Positions 26,310 to 34,523 of a stretch of DNA of 34,523 bases are shown here, one piece after another; the first letter of the stretch is position 1; the number at the start of each line of letters is the position of its first letter. The notes beneath the pieces are model-generated. The model saw nothing but the letters and a program-made list of their open reading frames with translations, ran no database searches and was not told the DNA's origin. The stretch spans positions 1 to 34,523 of the forward strand of contig JBHLKM010000027.1 in NCBI GenBank assembly GCA_048886685.1. The letters are read 5' to 3'. This DNA is from Candidatus Hodarchaeota archaeon. GTDB taxonomy: Archaea; Asgardarchaeota; Lokiarchaeia; Sigyniarchaeales; SOKP01. The position numbers were made by a program, and so were the translations under genes.

Positions 26310-27896
26310 TTAGATATATTTGATGGTATTCAGCATTACTTTGAGTTGATCAAAAATTTCTAGTCTATATTCAACCCCTATTTTGAAAAATAATAAAGAA
26401 ACCATTTTTTGATCCAATAATTCGTTAACATTGAATTCTTCCATTATTCGTGACCAGTCGTTTTTTTCAGTGACCCGTATCCCAATTAAGACTACTTTAT
26501 TCTCCTCTATATCATTTATGATATTGATTACAACGTCTCTCCATTCTGGATCGATATGATCCTCATAACGAGCATCAAATATACAAAAAACTCCATCAGA
26601 ATTAGATACATCAAAATTTTTATAGAGATAATTCCTCAATATCACCCCATTAGAGAATTTATATACTTTTTCATCATACTCATCCTTAATCTTCTCAAGT
26701 ATATACTCGCTATTAATATCTGAAAGTATTTGCAAGCCTGGACTCCAGAATTCGTTTTCTGATATTACAGTTAATATGAACAAGTTTTCTAAATTCACTC
26801 CTTGTTTTTTTCTTTTCTCTAATATCAAGTTGAGCTCATTTAATAAATCTTGTTTCACAATTTTCTCTTCTTCTTGCTTACTTTGAGAAATATAATGATA
26901 TGCGATTAGTGTAAATGCATCCTCTACGTTTTCTCCTGTTAAAGCGCTTGTTTCGATGTATGAAGCCTTAATATTAACATTTTTTGAAAGGGTGCTTACT
27001 AAATCCACTCCATTTTGATAAGAAATTGCTCTTTGTTCCCTTAAATCAATCTTATTTCCGATTATTATTAATGGGATTTGTCTTTGGTCAATAAATTTTT
27101 CTAATTCGTCATACCATTTCATGACATTATCAAATGATTCCTTTTTTGTTAGATCAAACACAATAAATGCAGCTTGAGCTCCCAAATAATAAGTTTGACG
27201 AAATCTTGCGAAAAATGATTGAGCCCCTATATCCCACAGGCTGTAAGCAACTTTGTTGCCATAAAATTCTATATTGTGGCTTAATATATTTAATCCTATC
27301 GTAGCACGATAATCATGGGAGAACCTATTCTCTACAAACCTTCTTACTAAAGAAGTCTTACCTACTTCATGATCTCCTATGATAACGAACTTAAATCGAT
27401 AAGTACCCCCTTGGTCAAGTCTCAATTGATAAATTTGATTTTTTACTCTTTCTTCAGTTGCAGAAGCATCGGTTTCATATTCAAAATGAGGAATCGTCAT
27501 TTGAATATTATCACCTTCCTCTGCATTGAGTATTTGGACTGCTTTTTCTGCAAGCAAATATGCATAAGGGGAAGCTTTATCAACTGATGCCATATTATTA
27601 AGGACAATGCTTAATGTTCTCCTTTCATCGAGGGAAATGAATAAAAGTCTGTAAAACTCTGTATCAAAACTCGCAGTCCCAAATTCTCTAAACGCAAATT
27701 CATCACGAATTCTTTCCAAGATAGGATTGATGATAGAAGTTAAAACGGATACTATTTCCATATCTATTTCTTTTCTTTTTTCACCTGCTATTACTAAGCC
27801 TTGTTGATCACTTACAATAACAGCCTCAACATCTTTATTAATTTCTAAGAAAAGATTAAATATTTTTACAAAAAGCTCATTTCTATTTATTGACAA
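26310..27896 (-). CDS. Roadblock/LAMTOR-like domain + Rab-like small GTPase + degenerate G-domain-like C-terminus (paralogue 2)
   Basis: VEAVIVSDQQGLVIAG, G1 GDHEVGKT, YRATIG, WDIGAQ, YYLGA, GNKID, ETSAL. Alignable end-to-end with 24607-26175. Confidence 0.88.
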   Translation of the reverse strand: MSINRNELFVKIFNLFLEINKDVEAVIVSDQQGLVIAGEKRKEIDMEIVSVLTSIINPILERIRDEFAFREFGTASFDTEFYRLLFISLDERRTLSIVLNNMASVDKASPYAYLLAEKAVQILNAEEGDNIQMTIPHFEYETDASATEERVKNQIYQLRLDQGGTYRFKFVIIGDHEVGKTSLVRRFVENRFSHDYRATIGLNILSHNIEFYGNKVAYSLWDIGAQSFFARFRQTYYLGAQAAFIVFDLTKKESFDNVMKWYDELEKFIDQRQIPLIIIGNKIDLREQRAISYQNGVDLVSTLSKNVNIKASYIETSALTGENVEDAFTLIAYHYISQSKQEEEKIVKQDLLNELNLILEKRKKQGVNLENLFILTVISENEFWSPGLQILSDINSEYILEKIKDEYDEKVYKFSNGVILRNYLYKNFDVSNSDGVFCIFDARYEDHIDPEWRDVVINIINDIEENKVVLIGIRVTEKNDWSRIMEEFNVNELLDQKMVSLLFFKIGVEYRLEIFDQLKVMLNTIKYI

Positions 27897-28092
27897 GAAT
27901 TAATCTACCAATATTAAATTTTTTTGGAGAAAATTGTGTCCTTAACCATATAATAACTGAAGTTTTATTTATTATTTTTTAAAACTAAATTTCTAAAACA
28001 ATATTCTTATAAGTATCTAGTCTATAATTTTAATATATAACACCAACAGGTTATAAAAAATAGTTAATTAGGAAGTTAGCAACTGTTCCACT

Positions 28093-28671
28093 ATGCCTTC
28101 TTGTATAGTTTGCCATTTACAGATAGACGAGAGCAAAGATTCGTTTTATAAGTGTGAAAATGGACACCCAATTCATGATAAGTGTCTAGCAGATTGGTTA
28201 ATGCATTCACAAAACTGTCCATTATGCAGTGATCCTTATTCTCCAAGTGTGATATCTAAATTTAAGGTTTTTATGGAAGAAAAAGAAAAGGAAAAGCAAG
28301 AAGCCTTAGAAGAGGAATTAAAAAAAGAAACTCTAAAGAAAATGGAAAAAGTAACAAATAATATTATTTTCCTCAAATTTATTGACTCTGTTGAGTCACT
28401 TATTGAAGATAAAAACTATAATGTTGCTATCGACTTACTTATTGAATCCTATAATGAAACCTTGTTTGATGATCAAAATTTAAAAGTGTTATTCTTGCTT
28501 GGAAAAGTAAACTACCTAAGAGGGAGGTATGATTTAGCAATTAATTTCTTATTTAAATTAGTTAAATTAAAATTTGATTATCCTGATGGCTTTCTATTTC
28601 TTGGGAAATCATATGAGGCATTGGGGATGAAAGATAAGGCAGAATGGGCTTATCAAAGAATTAAACAATAA
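28093..28671 (+). CDS. RING-H2 finger + coiled coil + TPR protein (putative E3 ligase)
   Basis: CIVC-x13-CENGHPIHDKCLADWL-x5-CPLC, E/K-rich helix, TPR-like units LFLLGKVNYLRGRYDLAI and FLFLGKSYEALGMKDKAEWAY. Confidence 0.82.
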   Translation: MPSCIVCHLQIDESKDSFYKCENGHPIHDKCLADWLMHSQNCPLCSDPYSPSVISKFKVFMEEKEKEKQEALEEELKKETLKKMEKVTNNIIFLKFIDSVESLIEDKNYNVAIDLLIESYNETLFDDQNLKVLFLLGKVNYLRGRYDLAINFLFKLVKLKFDYPDGFLFLGKSYEALGMKDKAEWAYQRIKQ

Positions 28672-28672
28672 T

Positions 28673-29515
28673 TTAATCTTCTTTTATCCTGATTAAATCA
28701 AGATCAACCTTTACATTAAAGTCTTGAGAATGATTTGTGGGGCCGTGCCCACGACCTATATGTAATTCATCAGCTTTCTGAATAGCAGTCGTTAAATAGG
28801 CTTTTGCAATATGAACTGCCTTTTTAATATTTTTATCTTTTGCTAATTCTGCAGCTATAGCAGAAGCAAAGGTACAACCAGTGCCATGTGTATTTTTAGT
28901 TTCAATACGAGGCGCTTGAAATTCTATGAATTTCTTTCCATCATAAAGTAAATCAATAGCAGATTCTGGATATGGTAAATGGCCACCCTTAATTACTACG
29001 TTCTTAGGTCCCATTTGGTGAATCTTTTTCGCGGCTTCCCGTGCGTCTTCTAAACTCATTATATCAATATTAGCTATTGCTTGAGCTTCATGGTGATTAG
29101 GTGTTAAAACATATGCCAATGGAATTAATTCTGAGATGAGTGTATTATTAGATTCAGGTTTTAATAAGGGATCACCACTTTTAGCAATCATTACCGGATC
29201 TATTACCAAGAACTCTACGTTATATTTTAGAGCGCGATCAGCTACAATTTGAATAATTTCCGCATTTGCCAACATACCTGTCTTCCAGACATCAGCACCT
29301 ATATCAGACATTACAGAATCAATTTGTTTTCCTACAAAATTAGGATCTATTTCGTAGATTCCTTGAACTCCCATTGTATTTTGGGCCGTTAATGCTGTGA
29401 TTGCGCTCATCCCAAAAACACCTAAGGCAGAAAAGGTTTTTAAATCTGCTTGAATTCCAGCACCACCACCAGAATCAGATCCCGCAATTGTTAGTACTTT
29501 TTTCATTTTCCTCAA
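28673..29515 (-). CDS. thiD: Hydroxymethylpyrimidine/phosphomethylpyrimidine kinase
   Basis: VLTIAGSDSGGGAGIQADLKT, TAQNT, KTGML, IDPVMIAKSG, TPN, KGGHL, NTHGTGCTFASAIAA. Confidence 0.95.
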   Translation of the reverse strand: MRKMKKVLTIAGSDSGGGAGIQADLKTFSALGVFGMSAITALTAQNTMGVQGIYEIDPNFVGKQIDSVMSDIGADVWKTGMLANAEIIQIVADRALKYNVEFLVIDPVMIAKSGDPLLKPESNNTLISELIPLAYVLTPNHHEAQAIANIDIMSLEDAREAAKKIHQMGPKNVVIKGGHLPYPESAIDLLYDGKKFIEFQAPRIETKNTHGTGCTFASAIAAELAKDKNIKKAVHIAKAYLTTAIQKADELHIGRGHGPTNHSQDFNVKVDLDLIRIKED

Positions 29516-29586
29516 TATATTATATATTAATTTAATAAAAAATTCTTATGAATTAATAGAAAACGAGAATTTTATATTGTTTTTAT

Positions 29587-30900
29587 TTAATTGATCCGTC
29601 TTTTTTCTAGAGCATCTTTTAAAATTTTTATGGCGCACAACTCTCCACACATACTACAAACGTCATCGTTAATTTCGGTACATCCATTACGATAATGTAT
29701 CTCATAAGCTAGTTCAGGATCAATTGCTTGTTTAATCATTTCTCCCCAATTGAGTTCTTTTCTAGCTAAATCCATTTTATAATCCCAATCTGAAGCTCGT
29801 TTACCATACCTTGCAATATTTACAGCATGAGCAGCGATTTTAGATGATATTACACCTCTCTTAACATCTTCTATCGTGGGCAATCCTAAATGCTCGGAAG
29901 GGGTAACATAGCATAGGTAATCTGCTCCAGCTAAACCTGCTATCGTTCCTCCAATAGCTCCTACAATATCATCGTAACCGGGCGCAATATCAGTAACAAG
30001 AGGACCTAAAACATAAAATGGAGCTTCTTCGCATAATGATTTTTGTATTCTAACATTCCTTTCAATTTCATTTGCAGGTATGTGTCCCGGACCTTCAACC
30101 ATAACTTGAACATCCGTAGCCCAAGCTTGTTTAACTAATTTAGAAATTTCAAGTAATTCTTGGATTTGAACATAATCAGTAGAATCAAAAATAGAGCCAG
30201 GTCGCATCCCATCACCCAGAGAAAGAGTAAAATCGTACTCTTGAGCCATCTCAAGTAAATAATCGTATCTCCTGTTAAATGGATTTTCCATCTCATTTTC
30301 TAAAATCCATGATGCTAAGAATGTTCCACCTCTAGAAACCACACCCATCAATCTAGGATGTTTAATTAAATAGTTAATTATTTCTTTTGTCACCCCCACA
30401 TGAATTGTAAAGAAATCAACACCTTCTTTGGCTTGTTCTTCAATAACATTAAATAGATCATCCTCATCCATATGGATTATAGCACCCTTATTCTCAATGG
30501 CTCTCAAAGCACTCTGATATATGGGAACAGTACCTAAAGGAACATTAATTTGTTCAAGAATTTTCTTTCGTATCGTAATAATATCTGATTCGGAAACACC
30601 TGTACTTAAGTCCATTACCGTGTCTGCTCCGTATTTGACTGCTATTTTTGCTTTCTCTACTTCTTCCTCAATATTGCAAACTGTTTTTGATGAACCCACA
30701 TTAGCATTAATCTTTACCAATAATCCTTTGCCAATTCCTATAGGCGTCTCTAAGTCTCGACGATTTGACTTAGGAATTATAATTCTGCCACTTTTTATCC
30801 CCTTTCTTATGAACTCCAAATCAACCTGTTCATTTTGGGCAACAATTTCCATGACTTTGAGAGTATTTCCATTCCTAGCAGTTCTCATCAATGTAGACAA
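29587..30900 (-). CDS. thiC: Phosphomethylpyrimidine synthase
   Basis: KINANVGSS, GADTVMDLST, GTVPIYQ, VSRGG, SLGDGMRPG, MVEGPGH, FYVLGPLVTDIAPGYD, CYVTPSEHLGLP, CSMCGELC. Adjacency to thiD favours ThiC over Bza paralogues. Confidence 0.92.
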   Translation of the reverse strand: MSTLMRTARNGNTLKVMEIVAQNEQVDLEFIRKGIKSGRIIIPKSNRRDLETPIGIGKGLLVKINANVGSSKTVCNIEEEVEKAKIAVKYGADTVMDLSTGVSESDIITIRKKILEQINVPLGTVPIYQSALRAIENKGAIIHMDEDDLFNVIEEQAKEGVDFFTIHVGVTKEIINYLIKHPRLMGVVSRGGTFLASWILENEMENPFNRRYDYLLEMAQEYDFTLSLGDGMRPGSIFDSTDYVQIQELLEISKLVKQAWATDVQVMVEGPGHIPANEIERNVRIQKSLCEEAPFYVLGPLVTDIAPGYDDIVGAIGGTIAGLAGADYLCYVTPSEHLGLPTIEDVKRGVISSKIAAHAVNIARYGKRASDWDYKMDLARKELNWGEMIKQAIDPELAYEIHYRNGCTEINDDVCSMCGELCAIKILKDALEKRRIN

Positions 30901-31068
30901 GCTTTAATCCCTTTATTCCATATATTTATTTAAAACAGGGAAAAACAATCCCTAATACAAAGTAATAATAGTAAAATTATATTCTTTTGTCTTCTAAATT
31001 AAAAATTTAATTAAAATTTGGAATAAATAAAAAAAAAGTAATAAATTTTAGTTTATATTTTAATTTTT

Positions 31069-31389
31069 TTAAGGAAGTTTCATTCCTACCGCTACCAATG
31101 CCTCTTCAATAGTTGCCCAAACTTCAATAGAACCTTCATATCCTTCAACGTCCAAGAAAAATGCCCTTTGGTCAATTGCAAGCTTATATGCTTCATCAAA
31201 TTTTCCCTCTTTTACCCTTGTAACGCTTAAACCTCTTAATCCCTCTTCTGTTACTTTTACTGCAGATGGTATAATATTTTCTCCTAAAGAATCATCAGGA
31301 GGAAATTTTTGTAAGAACTCAAGATATTTTTTTGCAATTTTAGGTCCTAGGTGACTAGGATATTTAACAAATGAAACTATATATGGCAT
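31069..31389 (-). CDS. Hypothetical small alpha/beta protein, tandem paralogue A
   Basis: MPYIVSFVKYP..KKYLEFLQKFPPDDSL..VKEGKFDEA..VEG..EALVAVGMKLP. ATG 31389 chosen from SD spacing and alignment with paralogues. Confidence 0.85.
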   Translation of the reverse strand: MPYIVSFVKYPSHLGPKIAKKYLEFLQKFPPDDSLGENIIPSAVKVTEEGLRGLSVTRVKEGKFDEAYKLAIDQRAFFLDVEGYEGSIEVWATIEEALVAVGMKLP

Positions 31390-31440
31390 ATTATCTACCT
31401 CCATTTTTTTTTAGTTGTTAAAATTAATTAGAAAAATTGT

Positions 31441-31770
31441 TTATTGTTCTGGAGCTTTGAGTCCCACAAATGGCATTGCTTCAGCCAAATCATAATATGT
31501 ATCTATTGACATTTTCATACCCTCGATAGCATTACCCAAAATAAGCATTCTATTCACGGCAAGATCCATAGCTTCTTTAAACTTTCCTTCATTTACAGAA
31601 TAGACTGCAATCCCATGAATGCCTTCTTTTTCGATTTTTACTCCAGATCTTAATATTGGTTTACCTACTGTTCTATCATCTGGATATTTCTTCATTGCCT
31701 CAAGGTAAGCTTTACCTGCATTCTCTGCTTGAGAAGCGGGGTACCAAGTTTGACTTATGAGTAAAACCAT
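31441..31770 (-). CDS. Hypothetical small alpha/beta protein, tandem paralogue B
   Basis: MVLLISQTWYP..KAYLEAMKKYPDDRTV..VNEGKFKEA..IEG..EAMPFVGLKAPEQ. GAGGTG lies 6 nt before ATG 31770. Confidence 0.85.
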   Translation of the reverse strand: MVLLISQTWYPASQAENAGKAYLEAMKKYPDDRTVGKPILRSGVKIEKEGIHGIAVYSVNEGKFKEAMDLAVNRMLILGNAIEGMKMSIDTYYDLAEAMPFVGLKAPEQ

Positions 31771-31926
31771 AAAATACACCTCATTTTATATTATTTTTAA
31801 TTTTAACTTTGGATTTCTAAGATTAGAAACAAGATATATTGAATCTAATTTTATTTAAATTTTTACATTTAAGTAAGTGAGAAAGGTACAAATTAAAGAT
31901 AAAAAAAAAGGATCATAAGTAGATTT

Positions 31927-32256
31927 TTAGACTTCTGGTGCTTCCATTCCAATGATATTATAAGCTTCAGTAAAGTCCAGAATGATTTCGCTTTTAGATC
32001 TAAGGCCCTCTACTTCATTTGCCATAAATAAAGTTTGTTTAGTAATTCTTTCTAAAACTTCTTTCTCTTTTCCTTCCATTATTTGTCCAATTCCAATAAC
32101 GAAAGTCTCACCTTCTTCTGTTGATGTGACACCAATACAAATTGTTTTTTCAATAGTATTATCTGGAGGATTATTTTTAAGCCATTCTATATACTTTCTT
32201 CCCACCTTACTGCCTTGATTTGGTGGAAAATAAGTTCGAGTTAAAAGTAATGTAAT
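31927..32256 (-). CDS. Hypothetical small alpha/beta protein, tandem paralogue C (probable ATT start)
   Basis: The frame is open 17 codons upstream of the ORF-track start (ITLLLTRTYFPPNQGSK) and aligns with the N-termini of A and B. Then RKYIEWLKNNPPDNTI..IMEGKEKE..VEG..EAYNIIGMEAPEV. Confidence 0.78.
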   Translation of the reverse strand: MTLLLTRTYFPPNQGSKVGRKYIEWLKNNPPDNTIEKTICIGVTSTEEGETFVIGIGQIMEGKEKEVLERITKQTLFMANEVEGLRSKSEIILDFTEAYNIIGMEAPEV

Positions 32257-32416
32257 TCATACCACCTCTTTCATTTTATTTAATATTTTTGTTGAAAAAT
32301 TAGATTTCGATGTAATTGATAATTAAATTTGGTACTATATAAAATTTTACATTCTTGTAAATATTGAAAATTCAATAAAAAATGTAATAAAATTTTGGAT
32401 TTAACAAGATTTTGAG

Positions 32417-33835
32417 TTAGGAATTATGCTTATTCTGAAATTCCCGGAAGGTACACAATTTATCTAAAGCTTTAGCGGCCAAATCTACTGATTCGAATAC
32501 AGGAACCCTTAATTTAAACAGTTCTCTTTTAAATAGTATTTTATTTGCGTAATCACTAGTATCATCCACAATTTTATATGCAATACATATTAGAGGTTTT
32601 TCCATGTCATTATAGGCTCGCTTAATTGTCTCGAGAAATATGTGATTGAAATCATAGGCTTTTATGAAAATTACAGCAGAGATACTCGGATCTGAATCTA
32701 AAGTCACTAGAGTCTTGTAAAAAATTTCTGGATTTCCCATACTTCCGCCTAAATCAAGAGGATTTCTAAAGATTGTATTTACATCCGGTACAAATTCTCC
32801 AAATTTCTCAATAGTTTCTGGTGCGAGTTTAGGAACTCTTAAATTGTATCTTTCAAATGTATCTGTTGTTTCAATCGAAGCGCCTCCTCCTCCTGTAGTG
32901 ATCCCCATATTTCTATTCATAGGCATACTACTTATGTGCTGAAAAGCCATTGCTAGATTAATTAATTCATTTGAATCATTTACCGTTAAAGCTCCTGTTT
33001 GTTTTGCTAAAGCCTCCCATATTTTTAAAGATCCTGCTAATCCTCCTGTGTGAGACATGATGGTCTCTCTTGTTGCCTCGCCACTTCCCACTTTCCATAA
33101 AATTACCGGTTTTCCTTTCATTGTTAGGTCTTTAACTACTTTCAAAAACTTTTGACCAATGGCTTTGCTTTTTATATTTTCTACATAAAGTGCGATAATT
33201 TTAGTCTCGTCATCTTCTAAAAAATATTCCAAAAAATCAACAAAATTTAAATCAATTTGGTTCCCAATCGAGAGAATCTTACTTGGAAATGTACCATATA
33301 TCGACTGACCTTTCGCAGCAATGTATATAGCTAAACCTCCAGATTGAAAAACACCACTAAAATTGCCTGATTCATTTGTGAGGAGACCACGTGAAAAGGT
33401 GATTTTGTTTTTGGGTACAAAGATCCCCATGCAATTTGGACCAATTACTCGAATATTATATTTTTTTATAACTTTTAAAACCTCTAGTTCTAAATGGCGA
33501 TTTCCAACCTCAGAAAATCCTGAAGCAAAAATTGTGGCGAATAAAATGCCTTTCTTTCCACACTCCTCGAGGACAGTCGGACAAAATCTTGCTGGAACGG
33601 CAACGATTACATAGTCAATAGGTTTATCATCAGGAATCTCTAAAACAGACCCATACACAGGAAGTTCATCAATAATTTGCCCTTTTAAGCGAGGATTGAA
33701 TAGGTATAATGGTTTTTCAAAACCACTCTCTTTAAAACAACTTATCCAATACCTACCAGCTCGTTTTTCATTAACACCTATAATCCCAATGCTTCTAGGA
33801 TTGAATAATTTCTCGAAATCAGTCAAATTTAACAC
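32417..33835 (-). CDS. Acyl-CoA synthetase (NDP-forming) alpha subunit / CoA-binding protein
   Basis: FNPRSIGIIG, IFASGFSEVG, IGPNCMG, QSGG, SIGNQID, phospho-His motif SHTGGLAG, TTGGG, NPLDL. No ATP-grasp domain. Confidence 0.88.
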   Translation of the reverse strand: MLNLTDFEKLFNPRSIGIIGVNEKRAGRYWISCFKESGFEKPLYLFNPRLKGQIIDELPVYGSVLEIPDDKPIDYVIVAVPARFCPTVLEECGKKGILFATIFASGFSEVGNRHLELEVLKVIKKYNIRVIGPNCMGIFVPKNKITFSRGLLTNESGNFSGVFQSGGLAIYIAAKGQSIYGTFPSKILSIGNQIDLNFVDFLEYFLEDDETKIIALYVENIKSKAIGQKFLKVVKDLTMKGKPVILWKVGSGEATRETIMSHTGGLAGSLKIWEALAKQTGALTVNDSNELINLAMAFQHISSMPMNRNMGITTGGGGASIETTDTFERYNLRVPKLAPETIEKFGEFVPDVNTIFRNPLDLGGSMGNPEIFYKTLVTLDSDPSISAVIFIKAYDFNHIFLETIKRAYNDMEKPLICIAYKIVDDTSDYANKILFKRELFKLRVPVFESVDLAAKALDKLCTFREFQNKHNS

Positions 33836-33893
33836 ACCAATATTATACTTAATTTAAAAAGAATATAAAATTATTAAATAAATCCCCTTTTTT

Positions 33894-34361
33894 TCAAAAA
33901 CCAATTTTTAATTGTTTTAAAAGTTCAATCAAGGATTTGGTTAATTTATAATCTTTAAGCTGATCAAATGGAACAAATCTAGCATCTAATGCATCATCAT
34001 CAGGTATCGGTGCTTGATTTTCATCACCTTCTATTTGTTCCACAAAAAAATTAAGTAAAACATAGTGGAATTCGATTTTGCCATTATCATCATACATAAT
34101 TTTATCAATAATTCCCGCTAATTTAGTCACCTTAACTTTAAATCCAGTTTCCTCATAACCTTCTCTCTCTGCTGCTACTTGAACTTTTTCCCCTAAATCC
34201 AAATGCCCTCCTGGGATAGACCAATAACCCGCGTCTGGGTCATACTTTCTTTTTATTAGTAATAGATGATTATTTCGAATTAGTAGGATCCCTACCCCAA
34301 TGTGGGGAAAAGCAGGATAATGGCGTAATTCAAAAAGATTTGTTTCTTTTTTACCGGTCAT
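33894..34361 (-). CDS. Nudix hydrolase (ADP-ribose pyrophosphatase-like)
   Basis: Nudix box GGHLDLGEKVQVAAEREGYEETGF, WSIPGG, FHYVLLNF, DDALDARFV. Confidence 0.92.
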   Translation of the reverse strand: MTGKKETNLFELRHYPAFPHIGVGILLIRNNHLLLIKRKYDPDAGYWSIPGGHLDLGEKVQVAAEREGYEETGFKVKVTKLAGIIDKIMYDDNGKIEFHYVLLNFFVEQIEGDENQAPIPDDDALDARFVPFDQLKDYKLTKSLIELLKQLKIGF

Positions 34362-34523
34362 ATTTCAACAGAATTTTTAATTACCTTATACTAAAAAAAT
34401 GATTTTTCTCATAATATTTTAACCAAATCTAAAAAAGTTCTAAAAGGAATTAGAAATGCTTTTAAATACCTTCCATATAAAGGGGAGATATGCCTATTTT
34501 TTTATTTTTAACCCAATATCCTC

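Noticed and set aside
30901-31068. TPP riboswitch upstream of thiC
   Set aside because: No GCUGAGA or CUGAU-type core motifs. Only a trivial AGGG/CCCT inverted repeat in very AT-rich DNA.
848-33614. Numerous ORF-track entries antisense to or nested in long genes (e.g. 848-1162, 3513-4223, 4248-4616, 5449-5916, 12914-13252, 14199-14501, 30521-30907, 33363-33614)
   Set aside because: Ser/Phe/Ile-rich shadow frames of real genes with no recognisable motifs.
32417-33835. Missing beta (ATP-grasp) subunit as a sign of pseudogenisation
   Set aside because: Separately encoded alpha subunits are normal in archaea, and the catalytic His motif is intact.

Overview
A very AT-rich, gene-dense archaeal window, most probably from an Asgard archaeon of the Lokiarchaeia type. 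This is an inference from the archaeal histone, Sm protein, BHB-intron tRNA, longin and roadblock domains, Rab-like GTPases, RING fingers and multi-PAS kinase. Housekeeping and metabolic genes are glycerate 2-kinase, dihydrolipoamide dehydrogenase, tungsten AOR with two beta-grasp proteins, a DUF362 Fe-S protein, an ICMT-family methyltransferase, a LeuB-family dehydrogenase, thiC-thiD, an NDP-forming acyl-CoA synthetase alpha subunit and a Nudix hydrolase. Two clusters of eukaryotic-signature-like genes are the best candidates for undescribed systems. (1) 88-4492: a longin-like protein, a BBS2/FG-GAP-like beta-propeller with tandem winged helices, and a cytoplasmic acidic beta-sandwich protein with mu-homology-domain-like motifs, suggesting a possible proto adaptor/coat module. 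(2) 24607-28671: two tandem paralogues with roadblock + Rab-like GTPase (altered G3) + degenerate second G-domain, head-to-head with a RING-H2/TPR protein. Items missed by the ORF track are tRNA-Arg(CCU) with a 30-nt intron in the T-loop, a 54-aa Zn-binding micro-protein, a probable ATT start codon and a stem-loop upstream of the histone. No CRISPR array, rRNA or mobile element was seen. All family calls come from motif recognition by eye; no searches were run.
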